Assembly (NCBI RefSeq): GCF_006345805.1
Contig: NC_043002.1
Coordinates: 97,278,001 to 97,342,000, forward strand
Origin: Octopus sinensis
Lineage: Eukaryota
Reading direction: 5' to 3'
Length of the DNA: 64,000 nucleotides
Under the pieces are notes generated by a model, which ran no database searches, was not told where the DNA came from, and saw only the letters and a program-made list of their open reading frames with translations. This document shows, in pieces, positions 42,690-55,532 of the stretch (the stretch's first letter is position 1; the number at the start of each line of letters is the position of its first letter). The translations under genes and the position numbers were made by a program.

Positions 42690-43620
42690 GTTGTGTCTTG
42701 CGTCGAATATGGCCTGTTGTAGTAGGACTAGTTTTAGATAGTGTATATGACGTGTTGTGGGTCCAAGTATGGATCCTAGGCTTTTTGTTTTCATACGTTT
42801 TCATCATACCTAATGTTCTAATTATTACTGGTATTGTTCCTACTTTCATGTTCCACATCTTGAATATTTTATTTTCAAGATCGTATTTTGACAGTTTATT
42901 CATTTTGTTTTGGGCAATATTTTGGTCCGAAGGGACTGCAAAGCATATTAATTATGCCTGAGCGATTCAGGCATATTCCAGATGATTGTAGTCTGGTCGT
43001 TGACATGTACTTTGTTTGGCGCATAGTATTCTTAGTTAGTTTTAGGACTGGACAGCTAGAGATGATGTGACCAATTGCCTCATTGTACTAGTTGCACATT
43101 CTGCATTTTGTATTTTGAGCACGTTTTCATACATTGTTTTGACAGATGCTTGGGGTCAAGCATTATTAGTCTTGTACAGTAAGAATCAGTTCTTCCGTTT
43201 CTGTTTTCAGTCCAGAACTTTTGAGCCATTGTTGGTTTTTACTTCTTCTCTGTCAATATTTGCATAGTATCGGCCATGAATAGTTTTCTTTCCATTTCTT
43301 TTTTTTTAGTATGTTATGTTTTCATATTACATTTTTTCCTACTATAATAATTTTTCTTGAGTTGTCATCTGCGTTCAGTGTTTCTGTTTGGTATATTTTT
43401 ATTTTGTATTCTGTTGTCTCTTTGTGTATAGAGAAAACGTTTTATTTCTTTTTCGTGTCGCTTTATCATATTTAGTAGCCGTCCACTTTTTATTTCAACG
43501 TATTTTTCTAGTCCAACAGTTGCTATCTTATAATAGTTCTCTATCTGTCTCATCGTTGTTACTGATGTCGTTGTGGTTGTTCTTTTTCTTCCAATCAGGA
43601 CTCACGCCATTAGCCACAAA
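42690..43620 (-). pseudogene. R4/Dong-like RLE non-LTR retrotransposon 3' fragment
   Basis: Minus-strand pieces YYKIATVGLEKY, WKEKTIHGRY, QWLKSSGLKTETEELIL, CCHC knuckle KCRMCN*..EAIGHIISSCPVL, TIIWNMP, and RLE tail AVPSDQNI...KLSKY.DLE..MWNMKVGTIPVIIRTLG; many frameshifts. Confidence 0.8.
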
Positions 43621-43875
43621 GAATAATCTTTAATTCGAGCCTCGTCTAAGCTACTAAGAATGTGTGTGGCAACTTAAAGATTCACCCACCACACGCGATA
43701 GACTGGCGGTTGCACGGGCGCGAAGGCTACGTTGTTATCCTCATTCCGTAAACGGTGGCTGTTTAATGGATGGAGAGCTAAATCATCCTGGGGTACAGAG
43801 GATTCGCAATCTAGACTAGGGTCTGAGTTTGCCACACCATAGTGGGCTACACCATGGTTCCTCTGCTTTGTGACA

Positions 43876-44070
43876 GAAGTAAGAAGAAATAGTGAGAGAA
43901 AGTTGTGGTGAAAGAGTACAGCAAGGTTCACTCCTCACCCCCACACACACACACACCGTCGGAGGTGTTTTTGCTCAATAAACACTCACAATGCCCGGTC
44001 TGAGAATCGAAACCGCGTTCTTACGACCGCGAGTCCGCTGCCCTAACCACTGGGCCATTACACTTCCACA
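43876..44070 (-). mobile_element. SINE family C, 5' half only, joined to unrelated sequence
   Basis: Head and first ~190 bp match family C; homology stops near 43876. Confidence 0.8.
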
Positions 44071-44232
44071 CTGCTGTTGTTGTTAAGCATGGGCAGAATA
44101 GTTAGAGCATCGATAAAAGGCTTTTGCAAAGTCGAGATATATTACATCCACATTTGAGCCATTTAGTAGCTGTTTTAACAGCCAGTCATAGTGTTGCAGG
44201 AGCTGTGTTAGGCAGTTATATATATATATAAT

Positions 44233-44337
<105 letters not shown>

Positions 44338-44406
44338 CTATATATATATATATATAGATATATATACTATAATATATATACATACTTATATATACATAAA
44401 TATATA

Positions 44407-44447
<41 letters not shown>

Positions 44448-44487
44448 ATATAATATACATATAATATACATATATAATATATATATA

Positions 44488-44530
<43 letters not shown>

Positions 44531-44570
44531 CTATAATATATATATATAATATAAGATATATATATATATT

Positions 44571-44605
<35 letters not shown>

Positions 44606-44782
44606 TCTATAATTATGAATGCAATTATAATTAGGGTTCAGCAAAACTTTGCTTCACTATATACCGAAATAGCAGTTAAAACTAGTTATTTCTCTACCAT
44701 AGGAAAATCTTCCAGACAAACAATACTCAACAAACTACGTAAGCAAAGAGAAAAAAGTAACGAATCCACCCAGCTTTGATTA

Positions 44783-44870
44783 ACTATTGATGCGTTTCGG
44801 AGTTAGATAGGTGGGAAAAAATGTAAAAACGATATTTCCACTCTATCATTCTCCCTCTTCAGTACAGTAA
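44783..44870 (-). ncRNA. Degenerate hammerhead-like motif with long stem II in a pLTR-like remnant (44635-45120)
   Basis: Minus strand: actgta-CTGAAGA-g[ggag]..[atag]a[gtgg]...[ccac][ctat]..[ctcc]-GAAA-cgca-TC-aatagt. Loop 3 cgca could be CpG-decayed cgcg. A ~150 nt tail leads to a long (TA)n-rich tract. Confidence 0.5.
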
Positions 44871-45164
44871 TTCAAGATATTAAATTTGAGAGCACTGTAA
44901 AAATTAAACATACTTATCTGAGCAACCGACATCAGACAACATACATCTAACAACCAGTACCTCCGAATTCAAACAGACGAATGAGATCTCGTATTCCCTC
45001 TCACTTACCCACGTGTGCTAATGAGTAAAATTCTACAGAAAAAAAATAGTAGTTTACTATCATTGAGAGAATTATATATATATATATACAATTAACATCT
45101 TATTATTACAAATAATATTCAATTGTAAGGTAACTAGATAAACGTGATTTTATATATATTTTAA

Positions 45165-45365
45165 GAAGAAGAAAATAGAGATATAACAAATAATTATTTA
45201 TTAATTAAAAAAGTAGACATCATCTCTGACAGCTGTTTCGATTCCAGATATTTAGAAATTAATTATCATAACTAAAATAATTTAAAAGTCGAATCTCAAC
45301 AGCTGTCAGAGATGATGTCTAACTTTTAAATTGACAAATAATTATTAATTATCTCTCTATTTTGT
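45165..45365. repeat. Inverted pair of ~70-bp arms containing a hammerhead 3' half (GAAA-cagctg-TC-agag)
   Basis: aaaatagaga...aagtagacatcatctctgacagctgtt at left; aacagctgtcagagatgatgtctaac...tctctatttt at right. Confidence 0.7.
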
Positions 45366-45384
45366 TATCTTCTTGATATATATA

Positions 45385-45515
45385 CAGGGTGTCCCAGAAA
45401 AATGTATACACACCTTAAATAATTGTAAATTTGTTATTCTTTGTAAGCCTAGTACTTATTCAATCGTTCTCTTTTGCCGAACCACTATGTGTATACATTT
45501 TTTTGGGACACCCTG
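45385..45515. mobile_element. 131-bp Tc1/mariner-type MITE with 28-bp TIRs and TA flanks
   Basis: TA|cagggtgtcccagaaaaatgtatacaca ... tgtgtatacatttttttgggacaccctg|TA (one mismatch). Confidence 0.85.
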
Positions 45516-45589
45516 TATATATATATATATATATATAATATATATATATATATACATACACACACATACATATATATATATATATACAT

Positions 45590-45620
<31 letters not shown>

Positions 45621-46059
45621 AATATATATGTGTGTACCATCTACCAAATCTACTCACAGAGTATTCGTAGACCTTGGGTCATGCCGTACGTTTGAACCCG
45701 AAACCACGTGGTTGCAAAGTGAGCTTGTTAACCACACTGCAGTATTAAACTCTATAAGCATTCTGCTTCTTTATCCCAAGGATATATTTCAAAATTGTTT
45801 TCATGTAAAACGGCGTATTAAGGAGTTTTACGAGACAATTCCTAAGCTAGCTAATATTCTGGAATTTATTACAATTTATTATGCGAGGTTATTCGCAACT
45901 TCGAACACCTACCTATTACCTTATTCCTTCTCTTTCAGCTTTTACTCAATAAAAAGCCATAAACAATTGTCTTTGTATAACGGGTGCACGGAAAGTTGTG
46001 TACTTCAGGCAGCTAATTCGATGATGTGTAGGTAGTAATATGTTATTCAGTGGAGGGTG

Positions 46060-46770
46060 GTAGCTTTTCGGGGTCGATTAAATATGTACCAGCTGCGCAC
46101 TAGGGTCGATATAATGACTTAATCCCTTTGTCTGACCTTATTTGCCCCCTCTACGTTTTGCCCCCTTGTGGGCAATAAAGAAATAAATATTGTTATACAG
46201 TGGAGGGCGGCGAGCTGGCAGAAACGTTACCACGCCGGGTGAAATGCCTAGCGATATTTCGTCTACCACTACGTTCTGAGTTCAAACTCTGCCGAGTTCG
46301 ACTTTGCCTTTCATCCTTTCGGGGTCGATTAAATAAGTACCAGTTACGCACTGGGGTCGATATAATCGACTTAATCAGTGGGTCTGTCCTTGTTTGTCCC
46401 CTCTGTGTTTAGCTCCTTGTGGGTAGTAAAGAAATAGGTATTTCGTCTGTCGTTACGTTCTGTGTTCAAATTCCGTCGAGGATGACTTTGCCTTTCATCC
46501 TTTCGGGGTCGATTAAATAAGTACCAGTTACGCACTGGGGTCGATCCAATCGACTGCGCCACTCCTCCAAAATTTCGGGCCTTGTGACTAGAGTAGAAAA
46601 TGTTACGCCCTGAGTTCAAATTCTAGTTCAAATTGCCTTAAATCCTTTCGGGGTCAATTAAATATGTACCAGTCGCGCAATGGGACCGATGTAACTGACT
46701 TAATTCCTTTGTCTGTCTTTGTTTGTTCCCCTCTATCTTTAGCCCCCTGTGGGCAATAGAGAAATAAATG
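46060..46770 (+). mobile_element. SINE family A cluster (dimer plus partial copies, both tail types)
   Basis: Core cttt(c)ggggtcgattaaat..gtaccag occurs four times. Confidence 0.85.
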
Positions 46771-46775
46771 TTATA

Positions 46776-47026
46776 CAGTGTGTGCAAAAGTAGATATACA
46801 GTTATGAAAAAAAAGAAAACACGTACAATATTCATTTATTTTTATCGAAAAGATTAAAAGTTACGATAAAAGTATTATCATAGTTATGATAAATGTACTG
46901 TTATGATTAGGGACACCGAAAATAACAAAAATGAGGTTAACGTTTAATTCTTTGATAAAATTAATCAGTATTGTAAACAGTTTCAATTTTTTTGTAACTG
47001 TATAATACCTATTTATGCACCTAATA
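46776..47026. mobile_element. Possible old mariner-like MITE
   Basis: Left gtgtgcaaaagtagatatacagtta resembles the reverse complement of right taactgtataatacctatttatgcacc; diverged. Confidence 0.35.
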
Positions 47027-47074
47027 TTGGGCAACCAGGAATAATTTTGCAGTGAAGGTAAGTATATCTATTAT

Positions 47075-47302
47075 TACTTTCACTTGTTACAGTCATTAGA
47101 CTGAAGTCATGCTGGAGCACTACCTTCAGGAGTTTTTAGTCATCTGAATTGACACTAGTATTATTTTTTTAACCGCTAAGTTCCGCGGACGTAAGCACAC
47201 GGCCACGGGTTGTCAAGCGATGGGGGGGGGGCATCAGCACAAATACAAAGACACGCACAAACATGCACACACAGATATGTGTGTGTGTGTGTGTATGTGT
47301 GT

Positions 47303-47357
<55 letters not shown>

Positions 47358-47522
47358 ATGACGGGCTTCATTCAGTTCCTGCGTACCACATCCACGCACA
47401 AAATTTGGGTCAGCTCGAGGCTACATTAGAAGACACTCGCTCAAGGTGCAACGCAGTGGGACTAAACCCGGATCCATGTGGTTGGGAAGCAATCTTCTTA
47501 CCACATAGCCACGCCTGCGCCT
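47075..47522 (-). mobile_element. SINE family B, diverged, expanded (TG)n centre
   Basis: Head, centre and tail are recognisable. Confidence 0.8.
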
Positions 47523-47649
47523 ACATATATATTCATGTGCGTGTGTGTGGTGTATGTGTGTGTATATGTGTGTGTGTGTATGTGTATGTATATGTATATA
47601 TATAGATATATATATACTATATATATATTATATATATTATATATATATA

Positions 47650-47708
<59 letters not shown>

Positions 47709-48595
47709 AATATAACATACATACATATATATATAGGTTATGTGAGAGTCAAGTTAGAGGATATGCAACCATCTAAGAGATAGATGTATCCGTAGGCACA
47801 CCTGGTGTATTACCTTAGTATGTATGGTCCTCATTATAAGGTATACGGTAGTAGGTAATTTTAAAAGGTATAACTGTAGTTAAATATATCGTCCCTGTTC
47901 TCTCTCTCTCTCTCTCTCTCTCTCATCTTCTCCTCTCCCTATCTCTCCTCTCTCTCTTAAATCTATATATTATATATCTATATATTATATATATAATATA
48001 TTATATATATATATATATATTATATATATAATATATATATATATAGATATATATATTATATATATTCTGTGTAGTTGTGTGATATATCTGTTTTATAGGC
48101 AACATTTGTTATCTTGGAAAAGAAGCGATAGTACTATCGTATAAGTAGTATCAGTTACGTAGGATGTATGTTTTATAGGCAGCAAGAGCTACGTTATAGA
48201 AGCAATATTAGTCCTACTGTATAGGTATGTAACCGTTACGTTGTACCATCAGCAACAGTCATATGACACAGTCGTTATTAGCTCTGCTGTGTAGGTGTGT
48301 AATATTTATGTTACGTAGGCAGCACTAGTTAAGTGATGTATGATACATTGACAGCATAAAAATCAATACTCCTACATTCTTTACTGATATCGAATAATTG
48401 TTTATGTGGTCAAATTCTAACAAGCTATATTGAACACAAAACAGTTTACACAACTCAATAAACATTATATGGAACAATTTTCACGAAGCCTGCACACGCA
48501 CTAATACTGTCAACTGTACGCACACCGCTTTACACAATGCAAAGTATCCTGTGTATTATACAATGTACATACATACATACATAAATAAATATATA

Positions 48596-48637
<42 letters not shown>

Positions 48638-48862
48638 TCTTTTACTCTTTTATTCGTTTCAGTCATTTGACTGTGGCCAAGCTGGAGCACCACCTTTGGT
48701 CGAGCAAATCGACCACAGAGCTTATTCTTTGCAAGCCTAGTACTTATTCTATCAGTCACTTTTGCCGAACCGCTAAGTTGCAGGGACGTAAACACACAAG
48801 CGTCGGTTGTCAACCGATGTTGGGGGACAAACACAGACACAAAAACATGTACACACACACAG

Positions 48863-48893
<31 letters not shown>

Positions 48894-48911
48894 ATATATA
48901 TAATACATGGC

Positions 48912-48983
<72 letters not shown>

Positions 48984-49169
48984 CAGATATCCTTTTTTTC
49001 TGTGTCCCTTTCTGTAAAAGAGCGAAGTCTCGACACGTAAAAGACTTTTTCTATTCCTGAGCGTTATACTAATACATCTGTTTGTTTTGTACACCACCTG
49101 TCTTCGTCTTTTGTTTTTTTCGTAAACTCTCCCTATATATATATATTATATATATATATATATATAATA

Positions 49170-49544
49170 TATATATAAAAGAGAGGTTGTGTGCTGTCTG
49201 TCTCCTACGATTTAGATTTCTAACTACTCCCACATTTTGCGGTGAAGTTTAACCAAAAGCGGGTATCTTATAGTCGTGATTCATATCGAGCCCTTCTGGG
49301 TCTACGATGAGTCTACGATTTTTAAAAAAATTACCATCAATTTTTCCCATTTTTAATGCATTTTTGGCATATATAAGTAACTCTCTAAAAATTTATTATT
49401 AAATCTCAGAACGTAAAAAGCTACAGTAACCACCACCCCTTTGTGGTTAGCCATATTGAGATGGCTATTATACTTTACATCTCTAAAAATGCTTATATAG
49501 TTATTTCCCTTACAAATCCGAGCAACGCCGGGCGATACTGCTAG
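49170..49544 (+). mobile_element. Non-autonomous Helitron (subfamily 1) with ~90-bp insertion
   Basis: Body matches 10445-10842 and ends tccgagcaacgccgggcgatactgCTAG|T; the 5' end merges into (TA)n. Confidence 0.8.
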
Positions 49545-50087
49545 TGACAGCGCTGGACTCTTTGAATTGCGGGTACAACTCATTTTGCCAGCTGAGAATA
49601 CAAGAGCAACGTGTAATAAAGTTTCTTGCTCAAAGACATAAAATGTCGCTAAAGTTCGAACTCACAACCTCACGACCATGAGCCGAATCCCCTACCCACT
49701 AATTCATGCCACTTTACGCTGGTAGTATAGGATATTGGTTTCAAATATTTCGGCACAAGGCCAGCAATTTTCTGAAGAGTTATATCGATTATATCGATTC
49801 CAGTGTTCAACTGCTACTTATTATATCGGCCCAGAAAGGACGAAAGCGAAGTTTGCTGGGCGGAATTTGAACTCAGAACGTAAAGGCGGACGAAATGCCG
49901 CTAAGCATTTCGCCCGGCGTGCTAACGTTTCTGCCAGCTCGCCGCCTTAATATTGTAGGATAATGACATCTAAAAACCAATTCCAACAATTTTACTCATT
50001 GTTATATTTGATGTCTTTTATATTCTGTCAAATTCTTTCTTTAACATTTTTCACTTCTTTTACCCTCTTCCCTCGTAGTTTCTCCTT

Positions 50088-50330
50088 CTTTATTCTCTTC
50101 CTTCATAATTTCTCTTTCTTTATCCTCTTCCTTCATAATTTCTCTTTCTTTGTCTTCATTCTTCATAATTTCTCTTTCTCTATCCTCTTCCTTCATAATT
50201 TCTCTTTCTTCATCTCCTTCCTTCATAATTTCTCTTTCTCTATCCTCTTCCTTCATAATTTCTCTTTCTTCATCTCCTTCCTTCATAATTTCTCTTTCTT
50301 ATCCTCTTCCTTCATAATTTCTCTTTCTTT
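50088..50330 (+). repeat. 30-bp polypyrimidine minisatellite, ~8 copies, continuing into a CT-rich tract to ~50935
   Basis: Unit (t)atcctcttccttcataatttctctttc(t). Confidence 0.95.
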
Positions 50331-50406
50331 AACCTCTTATTCGTTTACCTCGTTCATTTATTTGCACGCCTATCCCTATCTTTCATTCTATGATTCAGTA
50401 TATGAA

Positions 50407-50443
<37 letters not shown>

Positions 50444-50620
50444 TTCTATCTGTTTCTTTCTTTCACTCTCTATTTCTTTCTGTTTTCTCCTTCGCTCAAT
50501 CTCTCTCTTCTTTTTTCTCTCACTCCCCTCTCTCCTGTGTTTCTCCTCTTTTTCTCTTTCCCTTTCTGTTCCCTTCTTTCTCTTTCTTTCTCTCTCGCTC
50601 ACTAACACACTCTCTCTCTC

Positions 50621-50651
<31 letters not shown>

Positions 50652-51068
50652 GTTCTCCACTTTCTCTGTCTATTTGTCTATGTCTCTTTCTGTTCCCTTC
50701 TTCCTCTCTCTTTCTCTGTTCCCATCTTTCTCTCTCTCTCTTTCTTTCTGATTGTCTCTCCCTCCTATCTCATTCTCTTATTATCCTCTATCTACATATC
50801 TGTCTGTCTGTCTTCCTCTCTCTCTCTCTCTCTCACTCTCTACTTCTTTCTCTCTCTCTCTCTGCATCTCTCTCTTTATCACTCTCTCTCTGTCTCTCTG
50901 TCTCTCTCTCTCTTTCCGTACCTAATTATTTTTCTTTGTTCGTCCCCTTCCCCATTCTCTCACCTTCCACTCTTCCATTCTACACACCTTTCATTACGCG
51001 CCACGACCACACAACTACTCCACCCATACGTTCGCATCTCATACTTTACTTCCCTGTGAAAGCTTTTG

Positions 51069-51105
<37 letters not shown>

Positions 51106-51110
51106 ACACA

Positions 51111-51146
<36 letters not shown>

Positions 51147-51819
51147 TATAATATATATATATATAGCATTGCTTGACACCCGATGCTGGTTTGTGTTTAC
51201 GTCCCCGTCACTTAGCGGTTCGGCAAAAGAGACCGATAGAATAAGTACTGGGCTTACAAAAGAATAAGTCCCGGGGTCGATCTGCTCGACTAAAAGGCGG
51301 TGCTCCAGCATGGCCGCCGCAGTCAAATGACTGAAACAAGTTAAAAGATAAAAGAAGATAACGATTCTTTCTCTCGACACTATTTTTTTTTTTTTTGACA
51401 TTTCGTCACATTCTTCGGATTTTCTTTTAATTATAACCCCACCCCCACCCCCACCCCATCACTTACACAACCAAGATGAAGAAGCACGAACCTGACCTAA
51501 TGAGGTTTTAACTTGCAGCTTGAGACGTGAGTCGTTTTAGACGTTTCAGTCTGCAACCATCCGGAATAAAATTAATGATGGAAATTCATAATGCTCTTTT
51601 AGTAACTTATAACGTTCTTTATGGCTAATATTGCTATATTCGCAACTAATAAATTTCGTGGTGAAACTTACTTCACAAAGAAATAGGTTTCCTAGCCTGC
51701 CATGCACAAGCTTTTTTAAATAAAGTCTACAACTGTTTATATTATTTGTTTGCTAAATAAATATTTAACATATTTCAAAGAGCTTGTTAAATACATACAT
51801 AATGTGTGTGTGTACGTAT

Positions 51820-52300
51820 ATGTACACATAAATATATATGTATACCTATGCATATACATACATACATATGGATATATAGCAGTGTGTGTATATATACATA
51901 CATTCATACATACATAGTTTACATATTTATACATAAATATATATGTATACCTATGCATATACATACATACATATGGATATATAGCAGTGTGTGTATATAT
52001 ACATACATTCATACATACATAGTTTACATATTTATACATAAATATATATGTATACCTATGCATATACATACATACATGTGGATATATAGCTGTGTGTGTG
52101 TACATATTCATACATAATAGTTTACTATTTATCAAAATATATATGTATACATAATTATACATACATACATGGATATAGCTGTGTGTGTATATACATACAT
52201 TCATACATACATAGTTTACATATTATACATAATATTAAGTATACCTATGTGCATTACATATTACATGTGGATATATAGCTGTGTGTGTATATAACATAGA
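51820..52300 (+). repeat. 105-bp tandem repeat built from TA/CA microsatellite motifs, ~4.5 copies
   Basis: cataaatatatatgtatacc at 51827, 51932 and 52037. Confidence 0.92.
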
Positions 52301-52922
52301 TTCAACAGACATAATTTAATATATATTTATGTATGTAATATATACAGTTAGATTATAATTAATTGTAGCTTGTGTCTCTCCATTTCCGCCAGCCAGCAAA
52401 TTAAATTTCAAACATTAAGTGCATTCGTTTTCTTTGTTTTAAGTTTGTTTCTTTTATCATTTTTTCTTTCTTGTTTTAGGTTTGTTTGTTTGTTGTTTGA
52501 TTTTTTCTCTCTGAGAAACCTCTATTTTCCAAGTCATTTTGCTTGTTTTTGTAGGTTAATAATTGCCTCCTCATATATTATCGATATGTGCATCAAAACA
52601 GCATGCAAGCCAATAAATAGGAACTCTCTAATTGCTCACATATTGGAATTTTTGCATGTTATTGTATAACAATTCTTTTTTATCAATAATCAGTTCTGAG
52701 ATCATCTGATGTCTATGATAAGAATATTACGACAAAATGCTGTGCTAAGATTCAGTAGATGTCTTCGGTTATACGCTTATAATATATTTTCTGCTTTACT
52801 CTGAGCTGCCCTGCCTTGAAAAATTATAGTATATTTATATATTACATAATTAGACAACGTTGGCGGAGAAAGAAACTGTCAACATGTTTTCATCATAAAT
52901 CCATAGTGTGTGCATGACACAG

Positions 52923-52954
<32 letters not shown>

Positions 52955-53764
52955 GTTTCTAAATTTGTGTATGTGTCTGCGTGCGTACATGCGTGCGCGC
53001 GGTTCTTTTTATATCGCTTTTCTAGCAATAACATTTTATATTATTATCGATCTAATTCCACCATCCTTATTTGTACCACTGTTTCCTGTAAAACTCATTA
53101 TGATTACACAGCATTGAAGTGCTTATTATGAAGGCTCCGTTTAATTATACAACAACGTAAGTAATAATTAAATGTTATTGACTTGGATATGATCTTATTT
53201 ACCGAGATAAACAGCCACTAATTTCTATCCTCTACCTAATTTCCAGTAATATATATCAATGCTGTTAGCGAATTCTGCTTGCCGTTTTTTTATTTTTTTC
53301 CAATTAGATCTGGGTTTTTATTTGTTTATTTTTTATCCATTTTAGTATATTAAATGAAATGGAGAGTGATGTAAACCTTTCACCTAAACAAGTTAGCAGT
53401 CTTCCGCAGACAATATTCATAATATATCTGCTTCATATTCACGAATGCTGGCTGAATTGAGGAACTTACAACTATTATATGTAGCCTCGTTTGTCAATGA
53501 CTCATTCATCGCTGATCAGAGATTACATGAAATGCTCACTTGTCATGCTCATCACAGACTGATCCGTGATAACACGACTCGAACGTCAGTCGAAGGTTCT
53601 GCTTGAATCACTAAAATGCGCCCCAGCAATTACCGACCGTGCTCAAATATCCATGATTCACTTGACTATCACTAGTGCATATGACCGTGATAAACAAAAC
53701 GAAATATTGCTAATGCAAGGTTTAAATCTGAAAATGTGAGTATGGGTAACAGCTCTTATTATTC

Positions 53765-54109
53765 TTGCCTTTGCACAGCTTCTAATGCTGGAGATGTACT
53801 ACGGTGTCAGCTGTTCACGACAAGTGAACTAAGGTAACACTTCTTATTTTTCCAACACCTTCCGAAGTATTCGAGCGGTTCCAAGCAATTTTCTGCAAGT
53901 GCTCCACCCTTATTGCAACCTCTATTTGTTCCACGTACTTCTCGAGATTTTTGCTCACTGTTCCCAGGGCTCCGACAATTATTGGTACTACTGCTACCTT
54001 TTTCATCGACCACAACCGCTCAAGTTCCCAAGCTAACCTGTCATATCTCTCGACTTTTCTTTCTCCCTTATCGCAGACCTTGTCAACTGGGCATGCTATA
54101 TCTATGATC

Positions 54110-54112
<3 letters not shown>
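53765..54112 (-). pseudogene. R4/Dong-like RLE retrotransposon extreme 3' end (endonuclease tail and 3' UTR) between TAA repeats
   Basis: WIIDIACP.DK..D.GEEKVERYDRLAWELERLWSMKKVAVVPIIVGALGTVSKNLEKYVEQI (with frameshift). On the minus strand it is preceded by a (TAA)n array and ends gcaagAATAATAA. Confidence 0.8.
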
Positions 54113-54160
<48 letters not shown>

Positions 54161-54167
54161 CATTATT

Positions 54168-54238
<71 letters not shown>

Positions 54239-54250
54239 CATTATTATTAC

Positions 54251-54960
54251 GTGAGTGGACAGCACATGCCGTTAAGTGACTCTGAAGTACAAATATTCGA
54301 AACCCAATATAGAGTATACAAGCATTATGACCACCCCTCTGATAAGAGTACACCAGGCATATGCATCACAATCATATGTGTACGGCATGCTGATTGGAAG
54401 TATTATCATGTATATGATTTTGTCTTGGTATCATGATAAACAGCGCATGGCCTTGCAGGTGAGACCCAGTTAGAATTTTCTTCAGGTCGAGAAGCTCATC
54501 CCGCAGTGAATAACGATCGTGTGAGGATGATAAAGGAAATACTCATGTTTCCAGGGGTGAATTATTCAAACTTCGCCAAAATTCCTCTCAACACATGGCT
54601 ATAATGCTCCCCACCCACTACTTCTGCTCGTGATCAGAGATGCACATATTGTCAGCCACCAAGGGACATGCTCAACTGGTTAAGGTCAAACAACTGACAA
54701 GCAAATCTGTGGTATTGAGCAGAATATTTGTTGTAGCCCATCTTTTATACCAAGACAAAACAGTGTACATGATAATACTTCCAATTAGTTAAGATAAGAA
54801 GCCATGCGAGCCACTGCCTGGTAATGCATCAGGGCATAGAATATTTGCTGCAGCACATCTTTTATACCAAGACAAAAAACATGTACATGATGATACTTCC
54901 AATCAGTTAAGATAAGCAGCCATGACAACCACTGCCAGATATTGCATCAAAGTATTTATC
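54251..54960 (-). mobile_element. Interspersed repeat with (TAA)n/(TGA)n tail (54110-54250), probable retroposon 3' region; internal ~118-bp tandem duplication
   Basis: Recalled as a common octopus repeat (tgctcgtgatcagagatgcacat...). The microsatellite tail is at its minus-strand 3' end, and 54720-54960 is duplicated in tandem. Confidence 0.5.
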
Positions 54961-55139
54961 ATTATTATTGTTGTTGTTGTTGTCGTCATTATTGTTGTTA
55001 TAATTAAATCTTTCATCGACGGTTTCACTGTGGTAACAACATGGTACAAACATGTACAAACATCGCCCAGGGTGAGATAAATTCCCGGAGAATGGGCTAT
55101 AACATGGTTGTGAGTTTAACTTAGTAAACTTCACAAGCA

Positions 55140-55532
55140 TGTTAATACGGGATGCATCTTAATGGAAGTTGTATAAGAATCGAGCTTTGGTGTTGGAGAA
55201 GACTTTTGCAGATTCCATAGACAGCGAGGCTCACCAATGGAGAAGTTCTTAAGCAGATAAGGCCGAAAATGTCGCTAGAAGCTGGGATCACCAAGCGTAG
55301 ATTGGCATATTTCGGTCATATTATGCGGAGAAAATCCCTGGAGAAGGACATCATGCCCGGAATGGTCAGTGGCAAGATAAGAAGAGGCCGACCAAGAACC
55401 CGCTGGCTTGACACCATCAGGAGTAATACCGGAATGGACATGGCCAGTCTGAAGGAAGCGGCCCAGGATAGAACTGACTGGAGGACACTGATCCAACGAG
55501 TGACCGAGAGTCGACTTCGACAGAGCGGATAG
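55140..55532 (+). pseudogene. RTE/BovB-like LINE 3' fragment
   Basis: MSLEAGITKRRLAYFGHIMRRKSLEKDIMPGMVSGKIRRGRPRTRWLDTI...AAQDRTDWRTLIQRVTESR is a classic RTE C-terminus. Confidence 0.9.

Noticed and set aside
50088-50330. CRISPR-like 30-bp direct repeats
   Set aside because: Contiguous tandem units with no unique spacers, no cas genes, eukaryotic context.
49963-50751. 262-aa ORF (longest in the track) and antisense MKEEDREREI ORF
   Set aside because: Polypyrimidine minisatellite and (CT)n; low complexity.
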